Assembly (NCBI RefSeq): GCF_004010195.1
Contig: NC_057756.1
Span: forward strand, 903,805 to 967,804
Origin: Chiloscyllium plagiosum
Taxonomy: Eukaryota
Length of the DNA stretch: 64,000 nucleotides
Reading direction: 5' to 3'
Below, in pieces: positions 58,201 to 64,000 of the stretch; the stretch's first letter is position 1; every line of letters starts with the position of its first letter. The translations under genes and the position numbers were made by a program. The notes under the pieces were generated by a model. That model was not told where the DNA came from. It did not search any database and was given only the letters and a program-made list of their open reading frames with translations.

Positions 58201-61013
58201 AACGATGAGGCAAGGTATGGGGAAATGCTGGCTAAGACCATGTTGGATGAAACCTCCTACTCAGGTGGCTCACACCTACATTTGGCAAAGGGATTGGTTT
58301 GGTAAAAGCAGGAAGTTTTCTTATAAAGTCAATACATTTCAAAGTTACTACGGGCTGCGGGTGAACATTGCTCATTGAAACATTAGATAACCGAAGCTCC
58401 AAAAAGAAAGGACAGGACAATCCAAAAGTGTTAAGAATTAGAGATCATTCATTTTGTCCTCAGTTTCATGCGAGAATTTTTTTTTTTAGAAAAAATGAGT
58501 TAAAGCTTAACATTTATTTGGAGAACGTTGAGTTGATGAAGAATACAAAGATTTGAACTGTAAAAGTTATTTCTTTCTTAATTAGCTCAGTTGATTTTTT
58601 TTTATTTACCCTAACTATATTGACATCATAGACGATGCTTACATGGATCTGAAAAAGAATATATTTAGTGCAGTTATTCATAAGAGGTTAATTAACAATG
58701 CACTTCGGGATTTTCGCAGAGACCGGAAGTTGTAGCTTATCAACCATATTAATATTGTGATCTTTGGAGAGTAATTCATTTCCTGAATATACCACCGTTC
58801 CATCAATTCACGTGGGCAAGATGCCTGGAGCTCTCTTTAAAAGCATTGAGGGTGCCCCAATCAAATAATTCTCCAGTTGTTGACTCATGGGGTTGGCGAT
58901 GCAGAGACTGCTTAGATTTAAGTAAACTCGTGGATTTAGACAAAGATGGACCCCACTTGCGAAAGTTTCACCCTATTTATAATTACAGATTAACAGTCTG
59001 TAATTTAGCTGTTTGGTCATGATCAAGTTAAGAGACCAAGACAGTTCAAATTGCTTTGCCCAGTGCATTGTCAGTGTTTCTTAAATCTTCCTAATCTAAC
59101 TCAATGTCAATGCCTTCATTGCATCAGAAAGCGAATCCCTGAAAAAGAAGATTCAACTTTTAGGTAAGGAAATGTTTGGAACTTCTTTGGTCTATGTTAC
59201 AAACCAATTAACGTAAATGGATTAAAAAAGGAAATGTCACTTCTAAAAGCTTGGTTTGTGAATGTCATTCTTGGAGATTTTCTGGTAGATCTTATTTGGA
59301 AAGTAACAAATGGTGTACAAATGTTATAATAACAGAATACTATTGAAATTCTGTGCCAACATCAGAAGAGAAACTGAAAGAGAAAGAGAAAGGTAAATGA
59401 AAAGATGCAGTTGCATTCCGTGCTCTCTTCCATCTGAATTTCGACGATTGCTTAAACACTCCTGTAATTGTGCTTTAGAAATTAAAGCTAAAGTCTCAGA
59501 TGATGGTGAGTAGGAATTAATTATGAAGGAAAACATGTACTGACACCGATGGTAATCACAATTCAACTGAAAATTAAACATCATGCTGGAAGTTTCCACA
59601 CTTCAAGAATATTGAAAGTGAAAGAATGCTTTGCGGTGTGCCTCACTAAAAGCTTCCTGGCTCTGATAAAGTAATGATTACTCTTTTTTGGTCAGATTCA
59701 TTAATCCACAAGTATTCAGGAGCGATTCTTCGAAGTTACACCTGATGAAATGTTAACCACAACAAAGAGTCTAACGTTGGAGCAAATAACTGCAGATGCT
59801 AGAATTTGTACCGAAAGCAAAAATAAATACAAGAGTTCACAGCGGGGCAGGCAGCATCCTTCGAGAGAGAGCAAGCTGACGTTTTGAGTCTGGGTGACTC
59901 TTCATCAGAGTTGAACTGAAGTATGGAGGAGGCAGCACTTATGCAATACTGGTGAGGGAATTGGAGTGTTGGGGGAGAAAGGATGTTAACAGTTCAGATT
60001 TAGTGATCGAAATGTAAGAAGGGCAGAACAACGGTGTCTCTAACTGCCAGACTGGCAAGAATATGCCGTCCCACTGGAGTGGGGGAAGGGAAGAGGGGCA
60101 TGGTTACAGAGAATGTAACAAGCAAAGCTGAAGGAAGGGGAACGAATGTTTTCAGAATCTGAAGGCGTTCAACTCAATGTTTAGACCAGAAGGTTGTAAA
60201 GTGTTTTGCTGGAGCATTTCAAGAAGAGACAAGTTGCATGAGCGCAGAACACTGTATTACATTGACTGGCATTGGGACGATCACAGTTATGCTTGCATAC
60301 AGACTGGAGGTGTTCTGCAAACGGGTCATCCAGTATGTGTTTCGTTTCTGCAATGAAAGTCGGATGATTGGGTGCAGCGAATCCAATACAAAAATTGGAG
60401 AAGGTGTAGTTGAAATGGTGCATCACCCAGAAACATTGTTTGGGGCATTGGATTGTGAGCAGGGAGGATGTGAAAGAGCAGTTGTTGTACCTTCTGCGAT
60501 TATATGAGAAGATGCTGTGGGAAGGGGTGGGATTGTTGGTCGAGGAGTTGACACCTAATGTTAAAGTATTATCCACAAGGTTGTATTTCTACAGGTTGTA
60601 GGAATCACTGACTCCTTCCCTCCAAAGTTAATCTTTCCTACTGACTGTATAGCAGTTCCTTAGTAGTGCAATATATTTTACATCTGAATTCTTGATCCCA
60701 AGGCAGGTCAAATGAACTAACATTTTTTTTATGTCAGAGGCCAGTGTATGAAAGCGTGATCCATACTTGACAATATGTATGTTACAATGAATTGTTGCAT
60801 TTATGTAAAGGTTGGATCAATAAAGTATGGATAATACAGTAGAAAGATAAAAGGAACGGAAGGTCTGTGTGGAAACAACGGTATATCAGCAAATGTTTTC
60901 CTAATTTTTGCTTCTATGGTTGTTGTTGACATGTCGGAATGTGAAGTTCACCTCAACGTATTATATTTCACTTTGTCAATTTGCAGGAGAGGCGCTACGT
61001 GAAAAGAACTCAG
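4228..61013 (+). CDS. Internal portion of an unidentified multi-exon gene: 22 alternating 27/36-nt phase-1 micro-exons encoding a long coiled coil (about 231 aa; 5' and 3' ends outside the window)
   Basis: Every exon is flanked by AG (usually after a pyrimidine-rich tract) and GT. Lengths are only 27 or 36 nt. The spliced frame is stop-free: EEKLNGELK/EIEKLKGQLEDV/DMDKLKKNCKEI/EVEIIQKNE/EIEKLKNRITTC/EEDLTKKQK/EILKMKGAYSEC/EEKIKAKQK/EINTLKTDLETS/EQKFTNKQK/SIDKLKDTLNEL/ETKLNQKAT/ECENLKENVESK/DQALAKKDK/ELEKQKKTNIDC/EERLSTEAK/EVQKMKTKYNDQ/EQQMNKKDR/ELEKLRKKLQDC/EQKLISDEK/ESESLKKKIQLL/GEALREKNS. The first residue assumes an upstream G. Confidence 0.9.
4420..4625. repeat. Decayed Penelope-derived hairpin repeat
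   Basis: Imperfect inverted arms (aaaaacagaa...ttaacgtttt / aaaacattaa...ttctgttttt), similar to 36775-36925. Confidence 0.5.
7047..7082 (+). CDS. 36-nt micro-exon (EIEKLKGQLEDV)
   Basis: gctttcgtttcag|AAATAGAAAAACTGAAAGGTCAACTTGAAGACGTAG|gtgcgt. Confidence 0.9.
7111..8155 (+). mobile_element. Penelope-like element: GIY-YIG 3' part with an inverted 5' duplication
   Basis: ORF fragments TNVVYKIPRKDCHKDYVGQKGRKLATRIHEH (GIY-YIG) and HQFDWDNTSILG...REFLEAWHS; about 7141-7255 is the reverse complement of about 7322-7443. Confidence 0.9.
8048..8087 (+). ncRNA. Minimal hammerhead ribozyme motif in the Penelope 3' terminal region
   Basis: cca-CTGATGA-tgttacct agcc aggtaaa-GAAAC-GTC-tgg: conserved core, stem II ttacct/aggtaa, stem I cca/tgg. 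Confidence 0.7.
8897..9396. other. Assembly gap (500 N)
   Basis: N run. Confidence 1.
10515..10541 (+). other. Candidate 27-nt exon with a non-canonical donor (ESQCEMRKH); decayed exon or sequence error
   Basis: ttgtgtttag|AATCTCAATGTGAAATGAGGAAGCATG|ttatgt. It lies in the only interval where a 27-nt exon is missing, and the donor reads TT instead of GT. Confidence 0.4.
11496..11531 (+). CDS. 36-nt micro-exon (DMDKLKKNCKEI)
   Basis: tttcatttgacag|ATATGGATAAACTGAAAAAGAACTGCAAAGAAATTG|gtcagt. Confidence 0.88.
11907..12090 (+). repeat. 58-nt perfect direct repeat flanking a segment identical to 13120-13192
   Basis: 11907-11964 = 12033-12090; 11964-12036 = 13120-13192. Confidence 0.9.
12805..12831 (+). 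CDS. 27-nt micro-exon (EVEIIQKNE)
   Basis: ttgtaataatag|AAGTGGAGATCATACAGAAAAATGAAG|gtaaag; weaker acceptor, with a T-tract a little upstream; fits the alternation. Confidence 0.72.
13045..13080 (+). CDS. 36-nt micro-exon (EIEKLKNRITTC)
   Basis: ttttattgcttacag|AAATAGAGAAATTGAAAAATCGTATTACAACTTGTG|gtgagt. Confidence 0.92.
13478..13665 (+). mobile_element. Decayed HE1-like SINE fragment
   Basis: ggattgtccatgctaaattg...gtcagtgtagacccgatgggcagaatggcc resembles the other SINE copies. Confidence 0.55.
14257..14880. mobile_element. LTR-like interspersed repeat
   Basis: Ends ...ccataaca; its end matches, in reverse complement, the fragment tgttatggaccaggccagacccctcaaaacatttc at about 40761-40818. 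Confidence 0.5.
14881..15330 (-). mobile_element. CR1-clade LINE 3' end
   Basis: Tail cataacataggagtggaagtaaggccattcggcccatcgag followed by ORF2 C-terminal-like sequence on the minus strand. Confidence 0.75.
16022..16048 (+). CDS. 27-nt micro-exon (EEDLTKKQK)
   Basis: ttttctttatttttag|AGGAAGACCTGACCAAGAAACAGAAGG|gtatgt. Confidence 0.9.
17906..17941 (+). CDS. 36-nt micro-exon (EILKMKGAYSEC)
   Basis: tttgtttatctatag|AAATACTGAAAATGAAAGGTGCATACTCCGAATGTG|gtgagt. Confidence 0.9.
18520..20212 (+). mobile_element. 5'-truncated CR1 LINE (RT to 3' end), interrupted by a SINE
   Basis: ORF 18797-19141 SGVLQGSVLCPLLFIMYINDVD...KFADETKV (RT motifs); continues in ORF 19431-19679. Confidence 0.92.
19138..19440 (-). 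mobile_element. HE1-like / V-SINE nested in CR1
   Basis: Same core as 689-972. Confidence 0.85.
20829..20855 (+). CDS. 27-nt micro-exon (EEKIKAKQK)
   Basis: ccattgcttacag|AGGAAAAGATAAAGGCTAAGCAGAAAG|gtgagt. Confidence 0.9.
20896..22287. mobile_element. Penelope-like element: two GIY-YIG/3' segments in inverted orientation
   Basis: Minus ORF 21004-21513 AIYKIPCKNCNRHYIAQIGNKLATRIHEH, with a homologous + copy at about 21470-22287. A possible 11-nt TSD, ataaaagaaaa, lies at 20885-20895 and 22288-22298. A CTGATGA...GAAAC motif lies at about 22214-22244. Confidence 0.9.
23072..23278. repeat. Penelope-derived hairpin repeat
   Basis: Inverted arms; same family as 51050-51245. Confidence 0.75.
23672..23707 (+). 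CDS. 36-nt micro-exon (EINTLKTDLETS)
   Basis: ctcctttacttgacag|AAATAAATACACTGAAAACCGATTTAGAAACTTCTG|gtaagt. Confidence 0.92.
23805..24135 (-). mobile_element. HE1-like SINE
   Basis: ggaggaaacccaggcagaaacagggagaatatgcaaactccacag core. Confidence 0.8.
25000..25330 (-). mobile_element. HE1-like SINE
   Basis: gaggaaacccacacagacacggggagaatatgccaactctacag core. Confidence 0.8.
25382..25408 (+). CDS. 27-nt micro-exon (EQKFTNKQK)
   Basis: ttattgtttgttacag|AACAAAAGTTTACCAACAAACAGAAGT|gtaagt; the only exon ending in T. Confidence 0.9.
25640..25810. repeat. Second family of Penelope-derived hairpin repeat
   Basis: Arms ttatagtacaacaggttta...tttgtcag / ctgacaaa...taaacctattggactataa around a gctagctagc centre; decayed hammerhead-like ctgacaaaggagcagcactccgaaagct on the minus strand. 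Confidence 0.6.
26600..26635 (+). CDS. 36-nt micro-exon (SIDKLKDTLNEL)
   Basis: ttcttattattttacag|CTATCGATAAGCTGAAAGACACTCTTAATGAACTAG|gtgggt. Confidence 0.9.
29295..29321 (+). CDS. 27-nt micro-exon (ETKLNQKAT)
   Basis: tgtgtttcatttag|AAACAAAGTTAAATCAGAAGGCTACTG|gtaagt. Confidence 0.9.
29487..32060 (-). mobile_element. CR1 LINE with internal deletions (ORF2 pieces plus an ORF1-like remnant)
   Basis: Minus ORFs 29622-30026, 29987-30304, 30217-30450 (SKFADETKIGG) and 30845-31165; catagagt tail at about 29487. Confidence 0.92.
32302..32337 (+). CDS. 36-nt micro-exon (ECENLKENVESK)
   Basis: ttgcttactccccag|AATGCGAAAACTTAAAGGAAAATGTTGAATCTAAAG|gtacac. Confidence 0.85.
32695..33192. repeat. Penelope-derived inverted-repeat element
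   Basis: Arms agagtcaaaaagtgtgg...cttcatca / ctgatgaag...cacactttttgactct. Confidence 0.7.
34813..34839 (+). CDS. 27-nt micro-exon (DQALAKKDK)
   Basis: tttaattgtcctag|ACCAAGCATTAGCAAAGAAAGATAAGG|gtgaga. Confidence 0.83.
35295..36110. mobile_element. Penelope-derived element: hairpin plus internal fragment plus terminal repeat
   Basis: Hairpin at about 35300-35497 containing ctgatgaagggcttttacccgtaacgtc; a third terminal copy at about 35985-36110. Confidence 0.7.
36775..36925. repeat. Short Penelope-derived repeat fragment
   Basis: aacaaaaacagaaatagctggaaac...cagagttaccatttcgggtccagtgaccc, then cctgctgaacttttcccagctattt. Confidence 0.5.
38239..38274 (+). CDS. 36-nt micro-exon (ELEKQKKTNIDC)
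   Basis: ctcgttgcgccatcag|AATTAGAGAAACAGAAAAAAACTAATATTGACTGTG|gtgagt. Confidence 0.9.
39210..39860 (-). mobile_element. CR1 LINE 3' fragment
   Basis: Minus ORFs 39484-39717 (LERIQKRVT...GLSYEEKL...RGDLIEVYK) and 39642-39854. Confidence 0.85.
40313..40339 (+). CDS. 27-nt micro-exon (EERLSTEAK)
   Basis: catatattttgcag|AAGAAAGACTGAGCACAGAAGCAAAAG|gtgact. Confidence 0.87.
40820..41960. mobile_element. Old, heavily decayed CR1-like fragments (+ then -)
   Basis: Recognisable remnants such as gttaagtgagtggg...gttatacacttc...ctggagtattg...ttttggtccc; no long ORF. Confidence 0.5.
43600..43635 (+). CDS. 36-nt micro-exon (EVQKMKTKYNDQ)
   Basis: tctttgttctgtag|AAGTTCAGAAAATGAAAACCAAATACAATGATCAAG|gtgagt. 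Confidence 0.92.
44330..47395 (+). mobile_element. Near-complete CR1 LINE ORF2 (endonuclease + RT), disrupted by frameshifts and stops; 12-N gap at 44559-44570
   Basis: ORFs 45840-46268 (ANVVPLFKK...PGNYKPVSLTSVV...QHGFVRGKSCLTNL), 46228-46776 (SGVSQGSVLGP...SKFADNTKIGG) and 46806-47051; ctctatgactct tail. Confidence 0.95.
47520..47850 (+). mobile_element. HE1-like SINE with a tRNA-derived head
   Basis: ggcacagtggctaagtgg...ctgctgcctcacagc...ggttcgaatccagcc (A/B-box-like) followed by the V-SINE core. Confidence 0.8.
47925..49470 (-). mobile_element. CR1 LINE fragment
   Basis: Minus ORFs 47896-48144 (VWNELLDEVVESGTIATFKRQLD), 48586-48810 and 49148-49348 (LANVVPLFRK). Confidence 0.9.
49867..49893 (+). 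CDS. 27-nt micro-exon (EQQMNKKDR)
   Basis: tttgtgtccctgttag|AACAACAAATGAACAAGAAAGACAGAG|gtaatg. Confidence 0.87.
50545..50580 (+). CDS. 36-nt micro-exon (ELEKLRKKLQDC)
   Basis: ctacatccaccgttag|AACTGGAAAAGTTAAGGAAGAAGCTTCAAGATTGTG|gtgaga. Confidence 0.92.
51050..51245. mobile_element. Young non-autonomous Penelope-derived hairpin insertion with a 15-nt TSD
   Basis: Perfect 78-bp inverted repeat 51085-51162 / 51168-51245; direct repeat gatcgattatatgag at 51035-51049 and 51245-51259. Confidence 0.9.
51852..51878 (+). CDS. 27-nt micro-exon (EQKLISDEK)
   Basis: atccctcttag|AACAGAAATTAATTTCAGATGAGAAAG|gtaagt. Confidence 0.9.
53150..53890 (+). mobile_element. CR1 LINE 3' fragment
   Basis: EHRRLRGELKDVYKIMRG in ORF 53378-53629; 3' end similar to the other CR1 copies. 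Confidence 0.85.
56996..57340 (+). mobile_element. HE1-like SINE
   Basis: gcacggtcactcagtggttagcact...cctcacagtgccagg...ggagtttgcacattttcccc. Confidence 0.8.
59128..59163 (+). CDS. 36-nt micro-exon (ESESLKKKIQLL)
   Basis: ccttcattgcatcag|AAAGCGAATCCCTGAAAAAGAAGATTCAACTTTTAG|gtaagg. Confidence 0.9.
59780..60545 (-). mobile_element. Decayed Penelope-like fragment (GIY-YIG end plus terminal region)
   Basis: Minus ORF 60181-60576 IAETKHILDDPFAEHLQSV; terminal tgcagatgct...gacgttttgagt...cttcatcag, as in the hairpin families. Confidence 0.65.
60987..61013 (+). CDS. 27-nt micro-exon (GEALREKNS)
   Basis: ctttgtcaatttgcag|GAGAGGCGCTACGTGAAAAGAACTCAG|gtaagt. Confidence 0.88.
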
Positions 61014-61041
61014 GTAAGTTATTGACCGATTGAGTTCTGAT

Positions 61042-61712
61042 TGTTATGACACGAGGTAAAACCGTCTGCTAATTTAAACCAGACACACTGAAAATCTCAC
61101 TTCACCTCATAATTTGTTAAACTACAGGTGACAGAAATCTAGCAAAATTCCCCTATTTAAAGAAAAAAAATCAACAATTTATCCTTTAACTCCAAAAACG
61201 AACATTAAATAACAACTATCTACACTTTATCCTTTGTGTGATAAATTAATCTACCTCCTACTCGAAAACAATATGCTGATCCGATAAAATCCCCGATCTA
61301 CCCTTTGTATATTCCTGGATCTTTCCTTTGGTCTTCTGCTGCTCAGGTGTTTCATATGAAAAGGTACCTTTCAGAGAGTGGGTCTGCGGGCAGTCTGATT
61401 GCTGCTCTTTGTCTCACTCTGGCTAATTGTTCAAAATGCCTGATTTTTATACCCAAAACATTGGATGTTCTCATTCGTATAATATCACCAAAATACTAAA
61501 ATTCTAATTCGATTGGGTTTTAGTATCTTGGACATAATTTAAACTAATTGGCTAAATTCAAATTGTTGTGTAACATAGCAACTCAGCTCAATTATTTGTT
61601 TCACAGCTAAATGTCATATTTTCATATTTTCCAGCACACTTTCTGCCTGTTAGGTCCTTTGCGAGCTTTCACACTCTCTTAAAGATACAGTACACGTCTG
61701 TATATCATAACA
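61042..61712. mobile_element. Solo LTR-like element (671 nt)
   Basis: Termini TGTTATGA...TCATAACA (8-bp inverted, TG..CA), flanked by ctgat / ctgaa (5-nt TSD with one mismatch). Confidence 0.7.
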
Positions 61713-62739
61713 CTGAATTGGAGTTCCTGACAGCTAAATAGATATTTGCTAAATAATCACTTTGTTGAATGGAATCCACCACCATATATTTTTTGGATAC
61801 TTAACATCCGAATCAAATTACTTTTCTGGCTACCAGGACTTTATATTTAAAGTAGATGAAAGTGTGATCAAGTTACTTACTAAATGAATACAATCATAAG
61901 ATTTCACGGCATTGAACATTTTAATATAATAATTATTAAGCACCATTAATTTTAATATACACCAACAGAACAACGTAAGAAACGACAATATATAAATAAA
62001 GTGTATTGTAGCACCTCAGATTGTATAGCAGACTAATACAACAGACAAACAATTGTCCTATGCTTCACTTAATGGATGCAACAGAATTCTAAATACAGTC
62101 TCACATCACTAACCCAGAATGGCTACCCAGCCTCTACGAACACTCCCAACCTCCTACCTCCAAACAAATACATAATCACACGCAGAACTCTATGACATTA
62201 GTGAAATTGTCGTTCACCAAATCGCATTATAAATTTGTGAAAGAATCAGATGCTGTTAAATTGTCACTGTGTCATAATGACATAGAACCTGTAACAATAT
62301 TCTTTAATGTTTGCAACAAGAGACTTCCAAAATCAAAAGGCATAATTTAGGAATTAGGGGTAATCATGCAGAAATAACATCAGAGACATTTCCCTTACTC
62401 AGAGAGATGTGACTTTCTTTTCAATTCCTAACCCTGATGGTATTTGAGGATTCATTATTGTGCATGTGTCACAGAAAGATTAACACACTTCTCTGATAAG
62501 GATCAGACAATTGATAACAACAACAGATTATCTATTAAATACACAACGTGATTTTAAATTTTATGCTTTTTTTCAGCAGCAGAGCCTTTTTTTGTCGGGA
62601 TGACGTTGGCTTCTGTCATTCTCTGTTTTGCAACTTCAATACAACGTAATCCAGCAATTGTTCTTTAATGACATGTGAACATTTTCAAATTATCTAATTA
62701 TACGTTTGTACCATGCCTGACTATCGTTGCAGATGGATA

Positions 62740-63480
62740 ATTAGCATGTAAGATTTGAGGCCCAGACATACTAGGCAATGACTGCCTCCAGCAAGGTGAA
62801 TGTAGCCATCAGCACTGAACATTCAGTGGCATCAACAGTCAATCACTAACATCACACTGCAGATCACATTCACAAGACACTGGAACAGATTGTTAATACA
62901 ATTGCTGTTCCTATAAAATGAGGTCAAAGATTTGGAGTCTTGAAGAGAGTACTTCTCACTGAATCTAAAATGTTCATCTATCGTCTACAGTGTACAAATC
63001 AGGAATGTGATGGATGAATCTGCTCTTGCTTGCTTGAATTTATTTCCAGCAACGGGGAAGTCTGACATCATCCAAGACAAAGCGACTGCTTGATTAACAT
63101 CAAATATGCAAGCATTGACTCTGTCCACCATGAACGCTCAGTAATAGCAGCAGTGTTTACTGTCTACATAATGTAGTGCACAAATAAACCAATGCTTTTT
63201 AGAAAGCGTCTCCTAAACACATCATCACGACCCTCTTGAAAGACAGGGCCAGTGGATAGATGCGAACACCATGAACTGCGAAGTTTCATCCAAATTTGTT
63301 AACATTTCGATTTGTAGTTCATCAGCATTGCTTAAGTGTTGTTCAATCGAAACTTTCCAATGACCTTGTAGGTCTACACTCAGGAAATATCCCACAGCGC
63401 TTCAAGAACACTGGTCACCATACATATTCAATCACAACTGAAGATTGGCAATAAACGTGGACCAGCCAGAAACGTCCCTA
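62740..63480 (+). mobile_element. Old decayed LINE 3' fragment
   Basis: Remnant motifs (ctacagtgtacaaatcaggaatgtgatgga...catccaagacaaagc...gcagcagtgtttactgtctaca); related minus-strand relics at about 27270-27560 and 41960-42300. Confidence 0.5.
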
Positions 63481-63569
63481 TTCTGTCAATGATATTGCTT
63501 TTTTTTCGTTATTTTAAATGCAAATTAACTAGGAATGGAATCAAACTACGACACTTACTTGGAGATGCC

Positions 63570-64000
63570 AATCTCTGAGTATTATGTAGACAGGCCTACA
63601 AAGGGCGAAGTCACTTTAGATTTAGTACTGGGTAATGAACCTGGCCAGGTGTTAGATGTGGAAGTAGGTGAGCACTTTGGAGACAGCGATCACAATTCTG
63701 TCAAGTTTACTTTAGTGATGGAAAGGGATAGGAGTACGCCACAGCAAGAGTTACAGCTGAGGGAAGGGAAATTACGATGCAATTAAGAAAGATTTAGGAA
63801 GTGTAGAATGGCGAAGGAAACTGCAGGGGATGAGCACATTAAAAATGTGGAGCTTATTCAAGGAAAAGCACCTGTGTGTCCTGGATAAGTATGTACCTGT
63901 CAGACAGGGAGGAAGATATAGAACGTGTGAGCCGCGGTTCACTAAGGAAGTGAAACCCCTGGTCAAGAAGAAGAAGAAGGCTTATGTTAGGACAAAATGT
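63570..64000 (+). mobile_element. CR1 LINE endonuclease-region fragment (runs off the window)
   Basis: YVDRPTKGEVTLDLVLGNEPGQV...GEHFGDSDHNSV in ORF 63535-63786. Confidence 0.9.

Noticed and set aside
58632..58667. AG-36 nt-GT segment, open in phase 1 (DDAYMDLKKNIF)
   Set aside because: Weak donor (gtgcag). The LK motif is out of register with the other 36-nt exons and it would break the alternation. It cannot be fully excluded without cDNA.
1..64000. Prokaryotic-type systems (CRISPR arrays, operons, retrons)
   Set aside because: The sequence is eukaryotic intronic DNA. There is no regularly spaced repeat-spacer array, and all RT fragments are CR1 or Penelope relics.

Overview
This is AT-rich vertebrate genomic DNA, most likely from a shark or ray; that is inferred from HE1/V-SINE-like SINEs, abundant CR1 LINEs and Penelope-derived hairpins. 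It has two assembly gaps (8897-9396 and 44559-44570). The supplied ORF track shows only transposon fragments and noise. Reading splice signals directly reveals that almost the whole window lies inside one + strand gene. I find 22 tiny AG/GT-bounded exons between 4228 and 61013, 11 of 36 nt and 11 of 27 nt, alternating almost perfectly and all symmetric in phase 1. They splice into a 693-nt stop-free frame (about 231 aa). Each 36+27 pair encodes 21 aa, exactly three coiled-coil heptads, and all six cysteines fall on predicted a/d core positions. The gene start and end are not in the window, so I cannot name the gene. The architecture recalls the heptad micro-exons of butyrophilin and avian BG genes, but with a different 12+9-residue module. 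The introns hold decayed CR1 LINEs, HE1-like SINEs, Penelope-like elements (some with minimal hammerhead-ribozyme motifs), LTR-like repeats and a local templated duplication. Repeat boundaries are approximate; exon coordinates were counted by hand.
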